Shown piece after piece: positions 20,161 to 29,482 of a stretch of 45,030 bases of DNA; the first letter of the stretch is position 1; each line of letters starts with the position of its first letter. The position numbers and the translations under genes are program-made. Below the pieces are notes generated by a model, which did not search any database, was not told the origin of the DNA, and worked only from the letters and a program-made list of their open reading frames with translations. Source of the DNA: a virus (Duplodnaviria > Heunggongvirae > Uroviricota > Caudoviricetes); the IMG/VR virus record IMGVR_UViG_2851949629_000008, positions 1-45,030 of that record; one strand, written 5' to 3'.

Positions 20161-22259
20161 AACCATCCTCCGGAAGTCAGCCAGGGGTTAACATCGTCAG
20201 TCACTGTTTTCTTCCGTTTTTGTTTTTTAACAGGCGTGGATACCGGTTCCGGTGAGGGTGACGGTCCGGTACTGTCCGGGACACACTCCAGCCAGGTTTC
20301 CCGGCTCGCCCACTCCGGTGCATCCGGCCAGCGGATCTTTTCGTATCCATGCAGAATGACCAGAGCCTCGGCATACACCATCAGGTCAAAAGCTTCGTTG
20401 GCACCGCGACCCGGCTTACTCCATTTCCCGTCACTACTCCGCTCTTCATACGTCAGTTCGTCGTAAAACCAGCTCCCCAGCCAGTCAGGGAAATGCACAT
20501 AGCCGGGACCTGGAGAGTCACGCCATAACGCGTTATTCACCCGGTCTTTCAGGGCATCCGTCTGAAGAAGCCAGAGCGGCACATCACCTGCGGCCTGCGC
20601 CCGTCGGCCCGTTCGTCCGGTGTTATCAGGGAATGTACGGGTGATCAGTTTTGCGCGCCGGATGCTGTCGCCCTTAAACAGGTAAATACGTTTACCAAGG
20701 CCATCACGACGGCAACGACGCCAGAATTTATAGGCATTATCAGTGACCCCGTCTTCACCGCCGGAGTCCACCGCCATTGCCATCAGTCGCATTTGTTGAG
20801 AAGGATCGGAGGCCAGCGGCCAGCTTTTATGAAAAACATCCGTCAGCAGGACATCCCAGTCTTCCGGATAGCTGGCCGGATCAATTCGCTGGCTCTCCCC
20901 GTCGCTGTCACCGCGCAATGACTGCGTGATGTTGTAACGATCAATAATCCAGCGTTCGCCACGGCTGCCATAGCCCGTTACCTGAACCACAAAACGGCGA
21001 TGACGTCCCGCCTGCACATCCACTGTCGCCACAAGGAAATTAACGCCATCCGGCACACTGCGGGAAGGAACTGGCTCTGCCCGCTGCTCAAGCAGTTCAC
21101 TTTTTCGTTGCTCCATGCTGGCGCGGGGAAGATAAGGTAATCCCCAGTCGGTATTGATAACCGTCTTGAGTGTTTCTTCACTTCCGGTTGTCTCGTATTC
21201 CTGTTCTGCAGTAAGCAGTTTGTAAACGAGTTGCGAGAGTGTCTGGTAAGCAGCTGCCGGACCCTCCATCCAGAATGACGCAATACGTGAGCGTCGGGGA
21301 TCACCATAACGACTGCCATCCGCATTGATGGATTCACCATCCCGCAGCCAGACCCCACGTCCGTTCAGCTCACGTTTTTGTTCAGGCATAATCCGTCCTG
21401 AACAGGAAGGACACTGAATATAAGCCGCCTCACTTGCCAGCACGGGATCGGCAATATCACGGAAACCAGCAACCACATCGCCGCAGGGCTGAAAATACTC
21501 ACCACAGTGTGGACAGGGCCAGTACCAGCGACGGCGATCGCCACGGTTATAGAGCGACAGTATCCCAGTGGTTGGTGGAGCCTCATGCGGTGAAGTCCGT
21601 CGCCATTTCACATCCTTCACATCCCTGCCGGGGGAACTCTCCACCAGCGTCATACCACTGGACATAAATGTTGTGGTACGTTTTGAGGCAAGAGAGAAAG
21701 CATCCCCCTCGCCATCAATATCTTCCGGAAAACGGTCATAATCCGTCAGCGCGACGCATTTATAATCTGATGAGGACATGATATTGACTGACGGCCAGCC
21801 GATTTTCAGGTAGTTGCCAGCAAGGAATGTTCTGTCATAAACGTTGTTGTCATTTTTGTTCGGACTCAGGCGACTGACCACTTCCGGGCTGACGCGAAAC
21901 GTTCTGGCGAGTCGTTTTTTGGAGTGTTCGCGGGCTTTTTCCTCCGTCATCTGAATGATCAGCATATCCGCAGGGTCGCAAATCACGTTGTAAATCACCC
22001 AGCCGTCAATCAGGCCGATAGTCTTGCCGGTTCGTGCCGGGCCAACAAATATCACTGCGTCGTATTCACGCGAGGCCAGGCAGTTCATCGGCTCAATAAC
22101 ATACGGTGCCACCAGCGGATCCCACGGGACTGAGTTCCCTGCCCCCATGGGCACCCGCATATACTGAGCAACGGCATCAGCAACCCGCATTCGTCTCGGT
22201 GCGCGAAGGATATAACCTGAATCGGTTCGTGCTGCCTTTGCGGTTTCCTGATTCAGCAT
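20157..22259 (-). CDS. Terminase large subunit (GpA family)
   Basis: 700 aa; Walker A-like VGPARTGKT; follows the small subunit and cos. Confidence 0.9.
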   Translation of the reverse strand: MLNQETAKAARTDSGYILRAPRRMRVADAVAQYMRVPMGAGNSVPWDPLVAPYVIEPMNCLASREYDAVIFVGPARTGKTIGLIDGWVIYNVICDPADMLIIQMTEEKAREHSKKRLARTFRVSPEVVSRLSPNKNDNNVYDRTFLAGNYLKIGWPSVNIMSSSDYKCVALTDYDRFPEDIDGEGDAFSLASKRTTTFMSSGMTLVESSPGRDVKDVKWRRTSPHEAPPTTGILSLYNRGDRRRWYWPCPHCGEYFQPCGDVVAGFRDIADPVLASEAAYIQCPSCSGRIMPEQKRELNGRGVWLRDGESINADGSRYGDPRRSRIASFWMEGPAAAYQTLSQLVYKLLTAEQEYETTGSEETLKTVINTDWGLPYLPRASMEQRKSELLEQRAEPVPSRSVPDGVNFLVATVDVQAGRHRRFVVQVTGYGSRGERWIIDRYNITQSLRGDSDGESQRIDPASYPEDWDVLLTDVFHKSWPLASDPSQQMRLMAMAVDSGGEDGVTDNAYKFWRRCRRDGLGKRIYLFKGDSIRRAKLITRTFPDNTGRTGRRAQAAGDVPLWLLQTDALKDRVNNALWRDSPGPGYVHFPDWLGSWFYDELTYEERSSDGKWSKPGRGANEAFDLMVYAEALVILHGYEKIRWPDAPEWASRETWLECVPDSTGPSPSPEPVSTPVKKQKRKKTVTDDVNPWLTSGGWL

Positions 22260-22753
22260 TACTCCTCCTGCTGTAATTCCTCCTCATCATCCGCACCTGC
22301 TTCAGTCACCCGCAGGGCTATCTGATCGCGCAGATCATCAATAATGGACTGAACACGGCTCACAGCGGCAGGCTGCAGACCGCAGTCACGTTCAAGAATA
22401 TCCGGTAATGTCTCCAGCACCTGCACGACCGCTTTTGCCCAGATGGCAAACTCCCGTCTGACATCACTGGCCGGAATGAGTTGTGCCGTTTCCTGTTCGA
22501 ACTTAAGACGCTCACGTTCAGACTGATACCAGGCTTTGCGCTCATGCGCGTCCATTTCGCCTTCTGCAACCGGCGGTGGTAATGCCAGAAATGCCGACAC
22601 AATATCAACCACCCGATAAAGCTTGAGGTTGCTTTCATGCCCCCCTGCAACGGGTAGATTTTGCAGCCTTGCCGCAGCAGTCTGGCGATGTACACCTGAC
22701 AGTGCCGCCAGCTGACTGATATTCAGCGTCAGATTTTTTAACTCTCGATCCAT
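22259..22753 (-). CDS. Terminase small subunit (Nu1-like, HTH)
   Basis: N-terminal HTH (LNISQLAALSGVHRQTAA), acidic C-terminus, immediately downstream of cos. Confidence 0.75.
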   Translation of the reverse strand: MDRELKNLTLNISQLAALSGVHRQTAAARLQNLPVAGGHESNLKLYRVVDIVSAFLALPPPVAEGEMDAHERKAWYQSERERLKFEQETAQLIPASDVRREFAIWAKAVVQVLETLPDILERDCGLQPAAVSRVQSIIDDLRDQIALRVTEAGADDEEELQQEE

Positions 22754-22759
22754 ACCCGC

Positions 22760-22960
22760 TCCAGAATGTTTTAAACATGCATCTTGCGAACAACTTTAGG
22801 CAAACGGTGTTAGCGATGAACAAAAAACAATCAAAATCGACACCACAAAAATAAAACCACTGCAATATCAATACATTACAGTAGTGGTGATGACGAATGA
22901 AATTTCAAAAACTAGCCTTTTTCCGCGACGCTCCCGCCCCGTGGCAGGCCACCCCACCGG
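22760..22960. other. cos region (cosN candidate at 22928-22939 plus AT-rich cosB toward the Nu1-like gene)
   Basis: Minus strand reads CCACGGGGCGGGAGCGTCGCGG versus lambda TTACGGGGCGGCGACCTCGCGG as recalled. Confidence 0.55.
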
Positions 22961-23206
22961 AAGGACCCGCCAAAATGAGAGTGATTATCACCATTGCTGA
23001 TGAATAAATTGATGAAAATCATTGAAACGCCTTTCAGCAAGATAACGGCGACGGTCGTTGTTGAACTCCGTAACTCTGCTACTAAGGTTAAAAGCATGGC
23101 CATCTTTTGCCACCGGCAAATCTTCAATGGATTTCCCCTGCCGGTTTTTTATTCCTCACATTATCGCAGCCCCTCAGTGAAGGGCTGCTGTAATGCCTGC
23201 TGTTAC

Positions 23207-23569
23207 TCAGTAACGACCGCGCCTTCCGGTAATTTCATACCGGCAAATACCGGACAGCCCGGGGATCGTTATCTGCAGCTGGTTAGCCAGGGAGTTAATC
23301 TCAGCGACCAACACTGGCTTCGTATAGCGCCATGCCGCCAGCCCTTGTCCACAGAAGCTCGCCATATCTTTTTTCTGATCAAACTCATGACACTTCATAT
23401 TGAGCTGCGCACTTAAGCTGTTGCGATGCTGAAGTTCTCCGGTGAAGTAATCATCCAGGACTTTATAGGCTGCATATTTTAATCCGGGGTTTAGCCATGC
23501 TGCATAATCATAAGCAACAAACTTCCCGCCATATGTTCCACCGTGTACACTGCGCTCAGTAAAAACCAC
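23207..23569 (-). CDS. Hypothetical protein (possibly KilA-N-like)
   Basis: ORF between Rz and cos; no confident family assignment from sequence alone. Confidence 0.3.
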   Translation of the reverse strand: MVFTERSVHGGTYGGKFVAYDYAAWLNPGLKYAAYKVLDDYFTGELQHRNSLSAQLNMKCHEFDQKKDMASFCGQGLAAWRYTKPVLVAEINSLANQLQITIPGLSGICRYEITGRRGRY

Positions 23570-23590
23570 AGATTCGTGTTTTTTCTCCAG

Positions 23591-24058
23591 CTACTTAATG
23601 CGCTGGGTGCGGATATATTCCTGCGCCCCTTCCAGTTGCTTCTGCATCGTCATCAACCGTTCTCTGAGGGTGAAATAATCCCGTTCAGCGGTGTCTGCCA
23701 GTCGGGGGCTGGTTGCATTATCCATGCTGGTGGGTCCGGTGGCTTCACGCACGGCTGCGGAGCAACTGGCATTGACCCGCAGGCGCTTACGACCAGCGGC
23801 AACATCAGCGCGCAGAGTTTCATTTTCAGTTTTCGCATCGGCTAACTCCTTCGTGTATTTTGCATCGATCGCAGCAACATCACGCTGACGCTGCTGCATG
23901 TCAGCGATGGTGGCGGTCGCCTGCTTCAGCTCACTGACTTTTTTATCACGCTGTTCTTTGTAGGCGATGGCGTTATCACGGTAATGATTCAGCCCCAGAC
24001 TAAGCACAACACAGGCCACCAGCAGCATAGCAATCACTACATACAGAACACGGTTCAT
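23591..24058 (-). CDS. Rz: i-spanin Rz
   Basis: MNRVLYVVIAMLLVACVV...NHYRDNAIAYKEQRDK closely matches lambda Rz; track ORF extends to a GTG at 24142. Confidence 0.85.
   Translation of the reverse strand: MNRVLYVVIAMLLVACVVLSLGLNHYRDNAIAYKEQRDKKVSELKQATATIADMQQRQRDVAAIDAKYTKELADAKTENETLRADVAAGRKRLRVNASCSAAVREATGPTSMDNATSPRLADTAERDYFTLRERLMTMQKQLEGAQEYIRTQRIK
23653..23838 (-). CDS. Rz1: o-spanin Rz1 (lipoprotein, nested in Rz in the +1 frame)
   Basis: MRKLKMKLCALMLPLVVSACGS...CVKPPDPPAWIMQPAPDWQTPLNGIISPSENG matches lambda Rz1. Confidence 0.85.
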   Translation of the reverse strand: MRKLKMKLCALMLPLVVSACGSMPVAPQPCVKPPDPPAWIMQPAPDWQTPLNGIISPSENG

Positions 24059-24760
24059 ATCACCACCAACGGATTGCCCAGACCAGAACAGCGACCGCCA
24101 CAAGGCGAATTGCAAAGGCCGTTGCCCGAATAAAATCAGCACTCATCTGTTTAAATAAATTGTTGTGTATGCAACCAGTGCAGTACAAATAATCCATGCA
24201 ACTGGCGTCAGTATATGTCTGATGCCCCGGCATACCGCGATGATTTTTGCGGCATCGTCAGCACCCTGCGAAGTTGTTTCTGCTTTTATCATCAGTTGCC
24301 ATGTCCCTCATGACACCCATCACCACTCACGATTTCAGAGCAACAATCAATTTTGCCAGCCCATACAGCATCGGAGACACGGCGATGCCAACCGCCACCC
24401 ACTTAATGGCAAAAGCCACCGCCCGGATAAGGCAGAGATTCGCCGTATTTTCTGTCTTATCTACAAACATATGCTATCGCTGCAACCGCAAAACCAATTG
24501 CCCCGATCATTGCCGATAATGCAAGAATAATTCCGGCAATATTTGCTGCTTTAGGTGTCATACTGCACCCTATACTCAGAAAGGTTTTATTGTTATCCTT
24601 TACCTGCATGAATTATATCCATGTCTGATTTGTCAAAATGCAACCCCGGACTGTTCCCCCAGCCGGGGTTTTACTTTTATTCACTTACCTTTTGCCAGTT
24701 TGCAGGATTTCGTGTTATCCGCTCGCGGGAGCACACGCCATTTTTCAGCAAAATATTCTG

Positions 24761-25294
24761 CTAGCTGTCGATACCCCAGCACACCAGTGCCGCTTCCTGG
24801 TCACGGCGAATAACCTGTCCATAGCAGTTATTTGAAAGTATGCGGCAATCGCGCCCACCATCTTTTATCCACCAGCGAATCGCCTCGCATGCACCCTTAC
24901 GATCACCGGCATTCAGCCGCTTATAAAACGTCGACGGGAAACACTTACCGGGGCCAATGTTATAGGGACAAAATGACGCTATACCCGCTTTCTGTGGTTC
25001 GGTCAGTGGTACTTTAATATTGCGCTCCACCCATGCCAGCGCCTTATCACGTTCAATAGCGTTAACCTGGTCGCATTCTTCCTTCGACAGCTTCATTCCC
25101 GGTATGACGGGCTTACCATCCACCATTGTGGCACCACGACAGATGGTCCATATACCGGAACCATCGCGGTATGCCGTAGTGTGGTTACCCTCTTTTTCAT
25201 CCAGAAACTGGTCAAGTATTTGAGGAGCAGACGCGCCTGCAGCAATCAGCGCCAGAACAGCAGCTGACAGGCCGTATTTGATTTTTGCGCTCAT
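24761..25294 (-). CDS. R: SAR endolysin (GH24 lysozyme, phage-21 R / RrrQ-like)
   Basis: 177 aa; N-terminal weakly hydrophobic SAR segment (LSAAVLALIAAGASA); lysozyme-like core. Confidence 0.85.
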   Translation of the reverse strand: MSAKIKYGLSAAVLALIAAGASAPQILDQFLDEKEGNHTTAYRDGSGIWTICRGATMVDGKPVIPGMKLSKEECDQVNAIERDKALAWVERNIKVPLTEPQKAGIASFCPYNIGPGKCFPSTFYKRLNAGDRKGACEAIRWWIKDGGRDCRILSNNCYGQVIRRDQEAALVCWGIDS

Positions 25295-25349
25295 GGATAT
25301 TTATCAGGATGCTACCAATGAAAGATACTGGAAAGCCAACTGCAAAAAG

Positions 25350-25664
25350 CTAACAACCCGTAATCGAGTTATCAGAACTGTTAATTTTTATGGTATACCG
25401 CGCCTCTGAACAGGGGCGCGTTTCTGGCAACAGCTCGTCCCCTTCACATAACCCGGCAGCAACATCCAGGAAGACCTGTCTGATGCTCCTTCTGGCTGCT
25501 GCCTCATAAAACTCCAGCGCTGCACCTTCAACACGGTCCAGCGAGATGTCCAGGTCAAAAATTTCACCGTCAAAGCGTTTTTTGTCCCGTAACGCTAAAG
25601 TTACCGTAACTTTATTCTCAAAATTGCGGATCCCTTTCACAATCAGTTCATAGTTTTGAATCAT
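25350..25664 (-). CDS. YdfR-like protein (DUF1327-type) between holin and endolysin
   Basis: 104 aa in the same position as ydfR in the Qin essQ-ydfR-rrrQ cassette. Confidence 0.55.
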   Translation of the reverse strand: MIQNYELIVKGIRNFENKVTVTLALRDKKRFDGEIFDLDISLDRVEGAALEFYEAAARRSIRQVFLDVAAGLCEGDELLPETRPCSEARYTIKINSSDNSITGC

Positions 25665-25668
25665 TGAA

Positions 25669-25884
25669 TTACTCTCCCCGTGCAGCCTTACGCTTGTCTT
25701 CTCTGATTTTGAAGTACAGATTTGTCAGATAAGTCAGGAAGCCCAGAATCAGACTCCCCAGTACACCAATCGCAGCCCACTGTGACGGACTGACCTGATC
25801 AAGCCACTGTAAAAACCAGTAGCCAGCACTGCCTGCGGAGGTGCCATAGGCAATGCCCGTTGAAATTTTGTCCATGGATTTCAT
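25669..25884 (-). CDS. S: Pinholin S21-like (dual-start MKSM...)
   Basis: [63 protein letters not shown] matches phage-21 S / EssQ. Confidence 0.9.
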   Translation of the reverse strand: MKSMDKISTGIAYGTSAGSAGYWFLQWLDQVSPSQWAAIGVLGSLILGFLTYLTNLYFKIREDKRKAARGE

Positions 25885-25943
25885 AGCCTCACCTCCGCAA
25901 ATAACGGATGGCGTAGTTTTACACTGAGAAATGAAAGGGATTT

Positions 25944-25969
25944 GAAAAGAAAAGCCCGCAAAAGCGGGC
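25944..25969 (-). terminator. Rho-independent terminator between the tRNA cluster and S
   Basis: GCCCGC-(4 nt loop)-GCGGGC hairpin followed on the minus strand by TTTTCTTTTC. Confidence 0.55.
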
Positions 25970-26176
25970 GAAACGATATATACAGTAAGGAAAGCACTCT
26001 ATCCAACAAACCACCCACAGTTAATCGGAATAAAAGCAGAGTGCTTATGAATGATCGCCTGCCCGAAGGTTAGTATTTCTGCACAGCAATTTTGCAAAAA
26101 AAGGCGATCATTCATAACTTAAACGTCTTTCAGTCACTCCGGGATTTCCCATCATCGCAGACTGAAAGACTCTGAC

Positions 26177-26251
<75 letters not shown>

Positions 26252-26254
26252 ATA

Positions 26255-26330
<76 letters not shown>

Positions 26331-26332
26331 AC

Positions 26333-26409
26333 TGGACCGCCACCGGGGACTCGAACCTCGCACACTCAACTTAAAGGGTTGACGCTCTTTCCTGATGAGC
26401 CAGTGGCGG
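26333..26409 (-). tRNA. tRNA-like gene, anticodon loop CCUUUAA (UUU, Lys-type; C33 is noncanonical)
   Basis: 77 nt, 7-bp acceptor stem, T-loop TTCGAGT, CCA end; one A-C mismatch in the T-stem. Confidence 0.4.
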
Positions 26410-26410
26410 T

Positions 26411-26486
26411 TGGTGGCCCTTGCTGGATTTGAACCAGCGACCTGGCGATTATGAGTCGCTCGCTCTCACCACTGAGCTAAAGGGCC
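26411..26486 (-). tRNA. tRNA with CAU anticodon (Ile2/ileX-like or Met)
   Basis: GGCCCTTTAGCTCAGTGG...CTCATAA...GGTTCAAATCC resembles E. coli ileX as recalled. Confidence 0.7.
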
Positions 26487-26604
26487 GGGCGCAGGATAAT
26501 AACGTTACGAAATCAATGTTGCAAGCATTCAAGAATTACCTGGTTAAAAATTACCCTTACTTCCTCCACCAGCGCATTCACCATGTCTATCCGAGATAAG
26601 TGGC

Positions 26605-26640
26605 ACAAAAAAACCCGCTTGTGGGCGGGTTTTGTTTGCT
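26605..26640. terminator. Bidirectional intrinsic terminator hairpin downstream of the Q-like gene (tR' candidate)
   Basis: ACCCGC-ttgtgg-GCGGGT stem-loop flanked by an A-run upstream and a T-run downstream, so it is U-tailed on either strand. Confidence 0.5.
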
Positions 26641-26684
26641 TTTGCCATCACGTACAAAATCGGCAAAATATCAGATTTGCATGA

Positions 26685-26713
26685 AATATATGCCTTTCAA
26701 TCTGCTTTTGCAA
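26685..26713 (-). promoter_or_regulatory. Candidate late promoter (pR'-like) overlapping the 3' end of the Q-like gene
   Basis: Minus strand TTGCAA-17 nt-TATATT; by-eye sigma70 match only. Confidence 0.3.
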
Positions 26714-27386
26714 CACTTTGCTTTGAAAATGCCGCCTTTTGTTTTGAACGTGTTCTCATTACAAACAATAAAGCCTCACTATCCAGTCGGTGAAAAATGT
26801 GTTTCATTGCAACCCAGTGACGAGTAAATGTTTTGGACCAGTTTTTAGTTGTCACTCCCGCCAGTAATGCCAGCTCCTGGTATTCATAACCTTCCCCACC
26901 AAAAAGTTCTGCTTTTACTTCCTGCGCCGCCAGCCAGATTAATTTTTTCAGGCGTTCCTGCGTTTTCCCTGCAATTTTTCTGGTACCGGATTGAGTATTA
27001 AATTCATTCCACGCCCACTGTGTTATCGCGATCTGATATTCCCAACAAATACTCCCGCTGTAACACCACAACAACCAGGCTTTATGATGTTCTTCAAGAG
27101 ACAGAACCGCCCGCCGCCACGATGATGTCGAAAACTCAACCGGACTGACCAGAGGAATTGACGTCCCCTTCGCCAGCGATTGCTTTCCCGGGATTGGTGG
27201 ATTATCCCGCGTTATCATTTTTCCAGTCACTTCATCGCGGTACCGGATTTTTTTACGCCTGTAACGCCCTGTATCAAACATGGCATTCTCCTGCCAGGCC
27301 TCAAGCTGCCCTTTTGTTGATCCACTCAAATCGGCGGTGGCAATCATGAGTTGCTCACGAACAAACTGTAAATACTGGTTATTCAT
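26697..27386 (-). CDS. Putative late antiterminator Q (QuuQ-type family)
   Basis: 229 aa directly upstream of the tRNA cluster and lysis cassette, downstream of rusA; assignment by position and recalled family resemblance. Confidence 0.45.
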   Translation of the reverse strand: MNNQYLQFVREQLMIATADLSGSTKGQLEAWQENAMFDTGRYRRKKIRYRDEVTGKMITRDNPPIPGKQSLAKGTSIPLVSPVEFSTSSWRRAVLSLEEHHKAWLLWCYSGSICWEYQIAITQWAWNEFNTQSGTRKIAGKTQERLKKLIWLAAQEVKAELFGGEGYEYQELALLAGVTTKNWSKTFTRHWVAMKHIFHRLDSEALLFVMRTRSKQKAAFSKQSVAKAD

Positions 27387-27742
27387 GCATACTCCAGTTC
27401 TGTGATTTTTATCCCCAACCGCCCACCAGGAACAAGCTGACCGCGCACAATATTAATTTCATCAAACTGCTCGTCGTCTATGAGCAGCCCCGCATGCGTC
27501 AGTACATCCAGTGGTGCCTTCAGGATATTGTCCAGGTCACGACGGCGCTTATCCGGTGGCTCTGCAATAATTTCTATTGCCGGCCTTCCGGACAGGTTTA
27601 ATTTCAGTTGCTGCTGGCGAACAATAAGCGCCACATCACGGCGATAACGCTCACCGACTTTTGATACAAAATATGTGCTGCCACGGCGTCGCCAGTAAGT
27701 GTTCACCGTCGGCGGGTAAGGTAAAACCAAATCTATGAGCAT
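27383..27742 (-). CDS. rusA: Holliday junction resolvase RusA
   Basis: PDKRRRDLDNILK... motif and ~119 aa length match RusA. Confidence 0.9.
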   Translation of the reverse strand: MLIDLVLPYPPTVNTYWRRRGSTYFVSKVGERYRRDVALIVRQQQLKLNLSGRPAIEIIAEPPDKRRRDLDNILKAPLDVLTHAGLLIDDEQFDEINIVRGQLVPGGRLGIKITELEYA

Positions 27743-27754
27743 CAGTCACCTCTT

Positions 27755-28804
27755 TTACCCAAGCACGCCAGTTGCAAAGGCGTGATCAAGAAAACGAAAA
27801 ATTAAATCAACCTGAGAACCATGCTTTTCTTCGAACGCCAGCGGATCCGCATGAAGCTCGTTGTGATGCTCCCGACACAGCGGTAGCGTGAAAATATCGT
27901 GAGATTTTGTCCCCATTCCGCCCTGACCATGACCAATCAGGTGATGGGGATCGTCGGCTGGCTTACCACAACACGCACACGGCTGTGTCTTCACCCAGCG
28001 TGTGTATTTCTCGTTAACCCAGCGGCGACGTTTAGGTCGTTTCATGAAAGATTCCGGAGACTCAGGATCAACGGCAATGCTGACCACCGTCTTTTCCTGT
28101 GGTGGGTTCTGTTGCTGGTGGACGTGAGGCAGTAACGCAATATTTTTTGTGCGCTGCTTCAGTATGCTGGTGGCTGTCTGCTCTCCCGGTACGATGTCGC
28201 TTTCACGGTACATTGAGCGGATTTTTTCCGCACGCAACCCCAGCGAACGACGTAATACCGCTTCCGGTAGCGCGTCCGCCACCTGATTGCGGACCGCCCA
28301 CCAGGATAATTCAGCCAGAGATAATTCACGCTCCTGCGTACCGCTTATTGCGTGACCGATGACGTCAATCATCCATGCTGACAGGTTTTGATGAGCAAGT
28401 TGCTCGAGTGATTCGGATGTCTGGTCACGCAGCTGGTTGTCGCAGTGCCAGCACAACACCATTGCGCCGGTACCATAACGGTGAATGACGGTTTCGCTGT
28501 GATGATAATCGCCGTGTGGCCACTGGCAGGATTTAATATGGCGCAACAGCCAGTCAGACAATGCACCAGCACCACCAGCAGCACGAATCACCCGTGCGTT
28601 ACTGAAAAACGGCAGCAATGTTTTGTCTTCCACTAGCGGCTGGCGAACGGCAGGAACGACCCCGGACGGCAGATTACGCATGCTTTTCGGTTCCGGCTCC
28701 ACCAGTACCCGGGTATTGTGGAATACCGGCATGGATTCACGGCCCGGCTTAACGATCACCAGCCCGAGTTCCGGTACCAGAACAGGTCGAAGTAATACCC
28801 GCAC
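27755..28804 (-). CDS. DUF968-type nin-region protein (YdfU-like) with C-terminal HNH-like motif
   Basis: 349 aa; C-terminal CACCGKPADDPHHLIGHGQ...CREHHNELH; located upstream of rusA. Confidence 0.55.
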   Translation of the reverse strand: MRVLLRPVLVPELGLVIVKPGRESMPVFHNTRVLVEPEPKSMRNLPSGVVPAVRQPLVEDKTLLPFFSNARVIRAAGGAGALSDWLLRHIKSCQWPHGDYHHSETVIHRYGTGAMVLCWHCDNQLRDQTSESLEQLAHQNLSAWMIDVIGHAISGTQERELSLAELSWWAVRNQVADALPEAVLRRSLGLRAEKIRSMYRESDIVPGEQTATSILKQRTKNIALLPHVHQQQNPPQEKTVVSIAVDPESPESFMKRPKRRRWVNEKYTRWVKTQPCACCGKPADDPHHLIGHGQGGMGTKSHDIFTLPLCREHHNELHADPLAFEEKHGSQVDLIFRFLDHAFATGVLG

Positions 28805-28805
28805 G

Positions 28806-29138
28806 TTACCTCCAGATGCGTTGCTGGAATGTGCGGGACGGACGCGGTGGGCGTTCGGAGTAAGGAAGCCTGACGGAGATTATCCAGTGACGATAATCGA
28901 GACTGAGGGCTTTCTTAACCTCGTATCCGCGCCTGCGGTAACACTGAATCAGCCATTCAGCCTGTTCTTCGGTGCAGGGGTCGTGCTGATACCAGTCAGA
29001 TTTGAATGCATGAGAACGCCGCCCGTGCCTGCTGGCAAAGACGGCTGAATTATCAGAATTGTATGGTTTGGTATCGTGCGCCATCTGTTTTCTCTGCTGG
29101 CGCAGCAGGTGCCAGTTGTTCAGGCTGGCGTGCGGCAA
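28806..29138 (-). CDS. Hypothetical phage protein
   Basis: ORF abutting the DUF968 gene; no family assignment. Confidence 0.3.
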   Translation of the reverse strand: MPHASLNNWHLLRQQRKQMAHDTKPYNSDNSAVFASRHGRRSHAFKSDWYQHDPCTEEQAEWLIQCYRRRGYEVKKALSLDYRHWIISVRLPYSERPPRPSRTFQQRIWR

Positions 29139-29156
29139 TATTGTCTCTGATTTCTG

Positions 29157-29184
29157 TTGTCGTCAACAGGCAGCGTGCTATCAT
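29157..29184 (+). promoter_or_regulatory. Candidate promoter of the parDE-like operon
   Basis: TTGTCG-16 nt-TATCAT about 35 nt upstream of the antitoxin ATG. Confidence 0.3.
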
Positions 29185-29219
29185 CGAATAGTGTTCTATC
29201 CTACTCCGTGAGGTTTACC

Positions 29220-29477
29220 ATGCGTACAACCCAACAATTCAGCATTACATTAACTAACGAGATGGCTGACATGGTGCGCGCCCGTGTGGCTTCCGGTGCC
29301 TATGCTTCAGAAAGCGAGGTCATTCGTGAAGGGCTTCGCGCACTGAATGAGCGCGATAAAGCAATCGAAGCGTGGTTAACGCATTCAGCCGCCCCCTCTC
29401 TTGATTCTATCCGCGAAAATCCAAACAACGGACGCTCCATTTCACAGGTTCGCGCCGCGATTCGATCCGGGAAGTAA
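29220..29477 (+). CDS. parD: ParD-family (RHH) antitoxin
   Basis: MRTTQQFSITLTNEMADMVRARVASGAYASESEVIREGLRALNER is a ribbon-helix-helix ParD-like signature; SD GAGG upstream. Confidence 0.8.
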   Translation: MRTTQQFSITLTNEMADMVRARVASGAYASESEVIREGLRALNERDKAIEAWLTHSAAPSLDSIRENPNNGRSISQVRAAIRSGK

Positions 29478-29482
29478 TCTGC

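Noticed and set aside
24165-24530. Plus-strand ORFs (121 and 90 aa) in the R-Rz spacer
   Set aside because: His/Cys/Arg-rich low-complexity translations on the strand opposite to the lysis operon; the minus-strand short hydrophobic ORFs are more plausible.
25885-26176. Possible Shiga toxin or other toxin cargo between Q and S
   Set aside because: The space between the tRNAs and S is under 300 bp and holds only a terminator and inverted repeats.
26333-26409. Assignment of the third tRNA as tRNA-Arg (by analogy with ileZ-argN-argO in Stx phages)
   Set aside because: The anticodon loop reads CCUUUAA; no Arg anticodon fits the fold.
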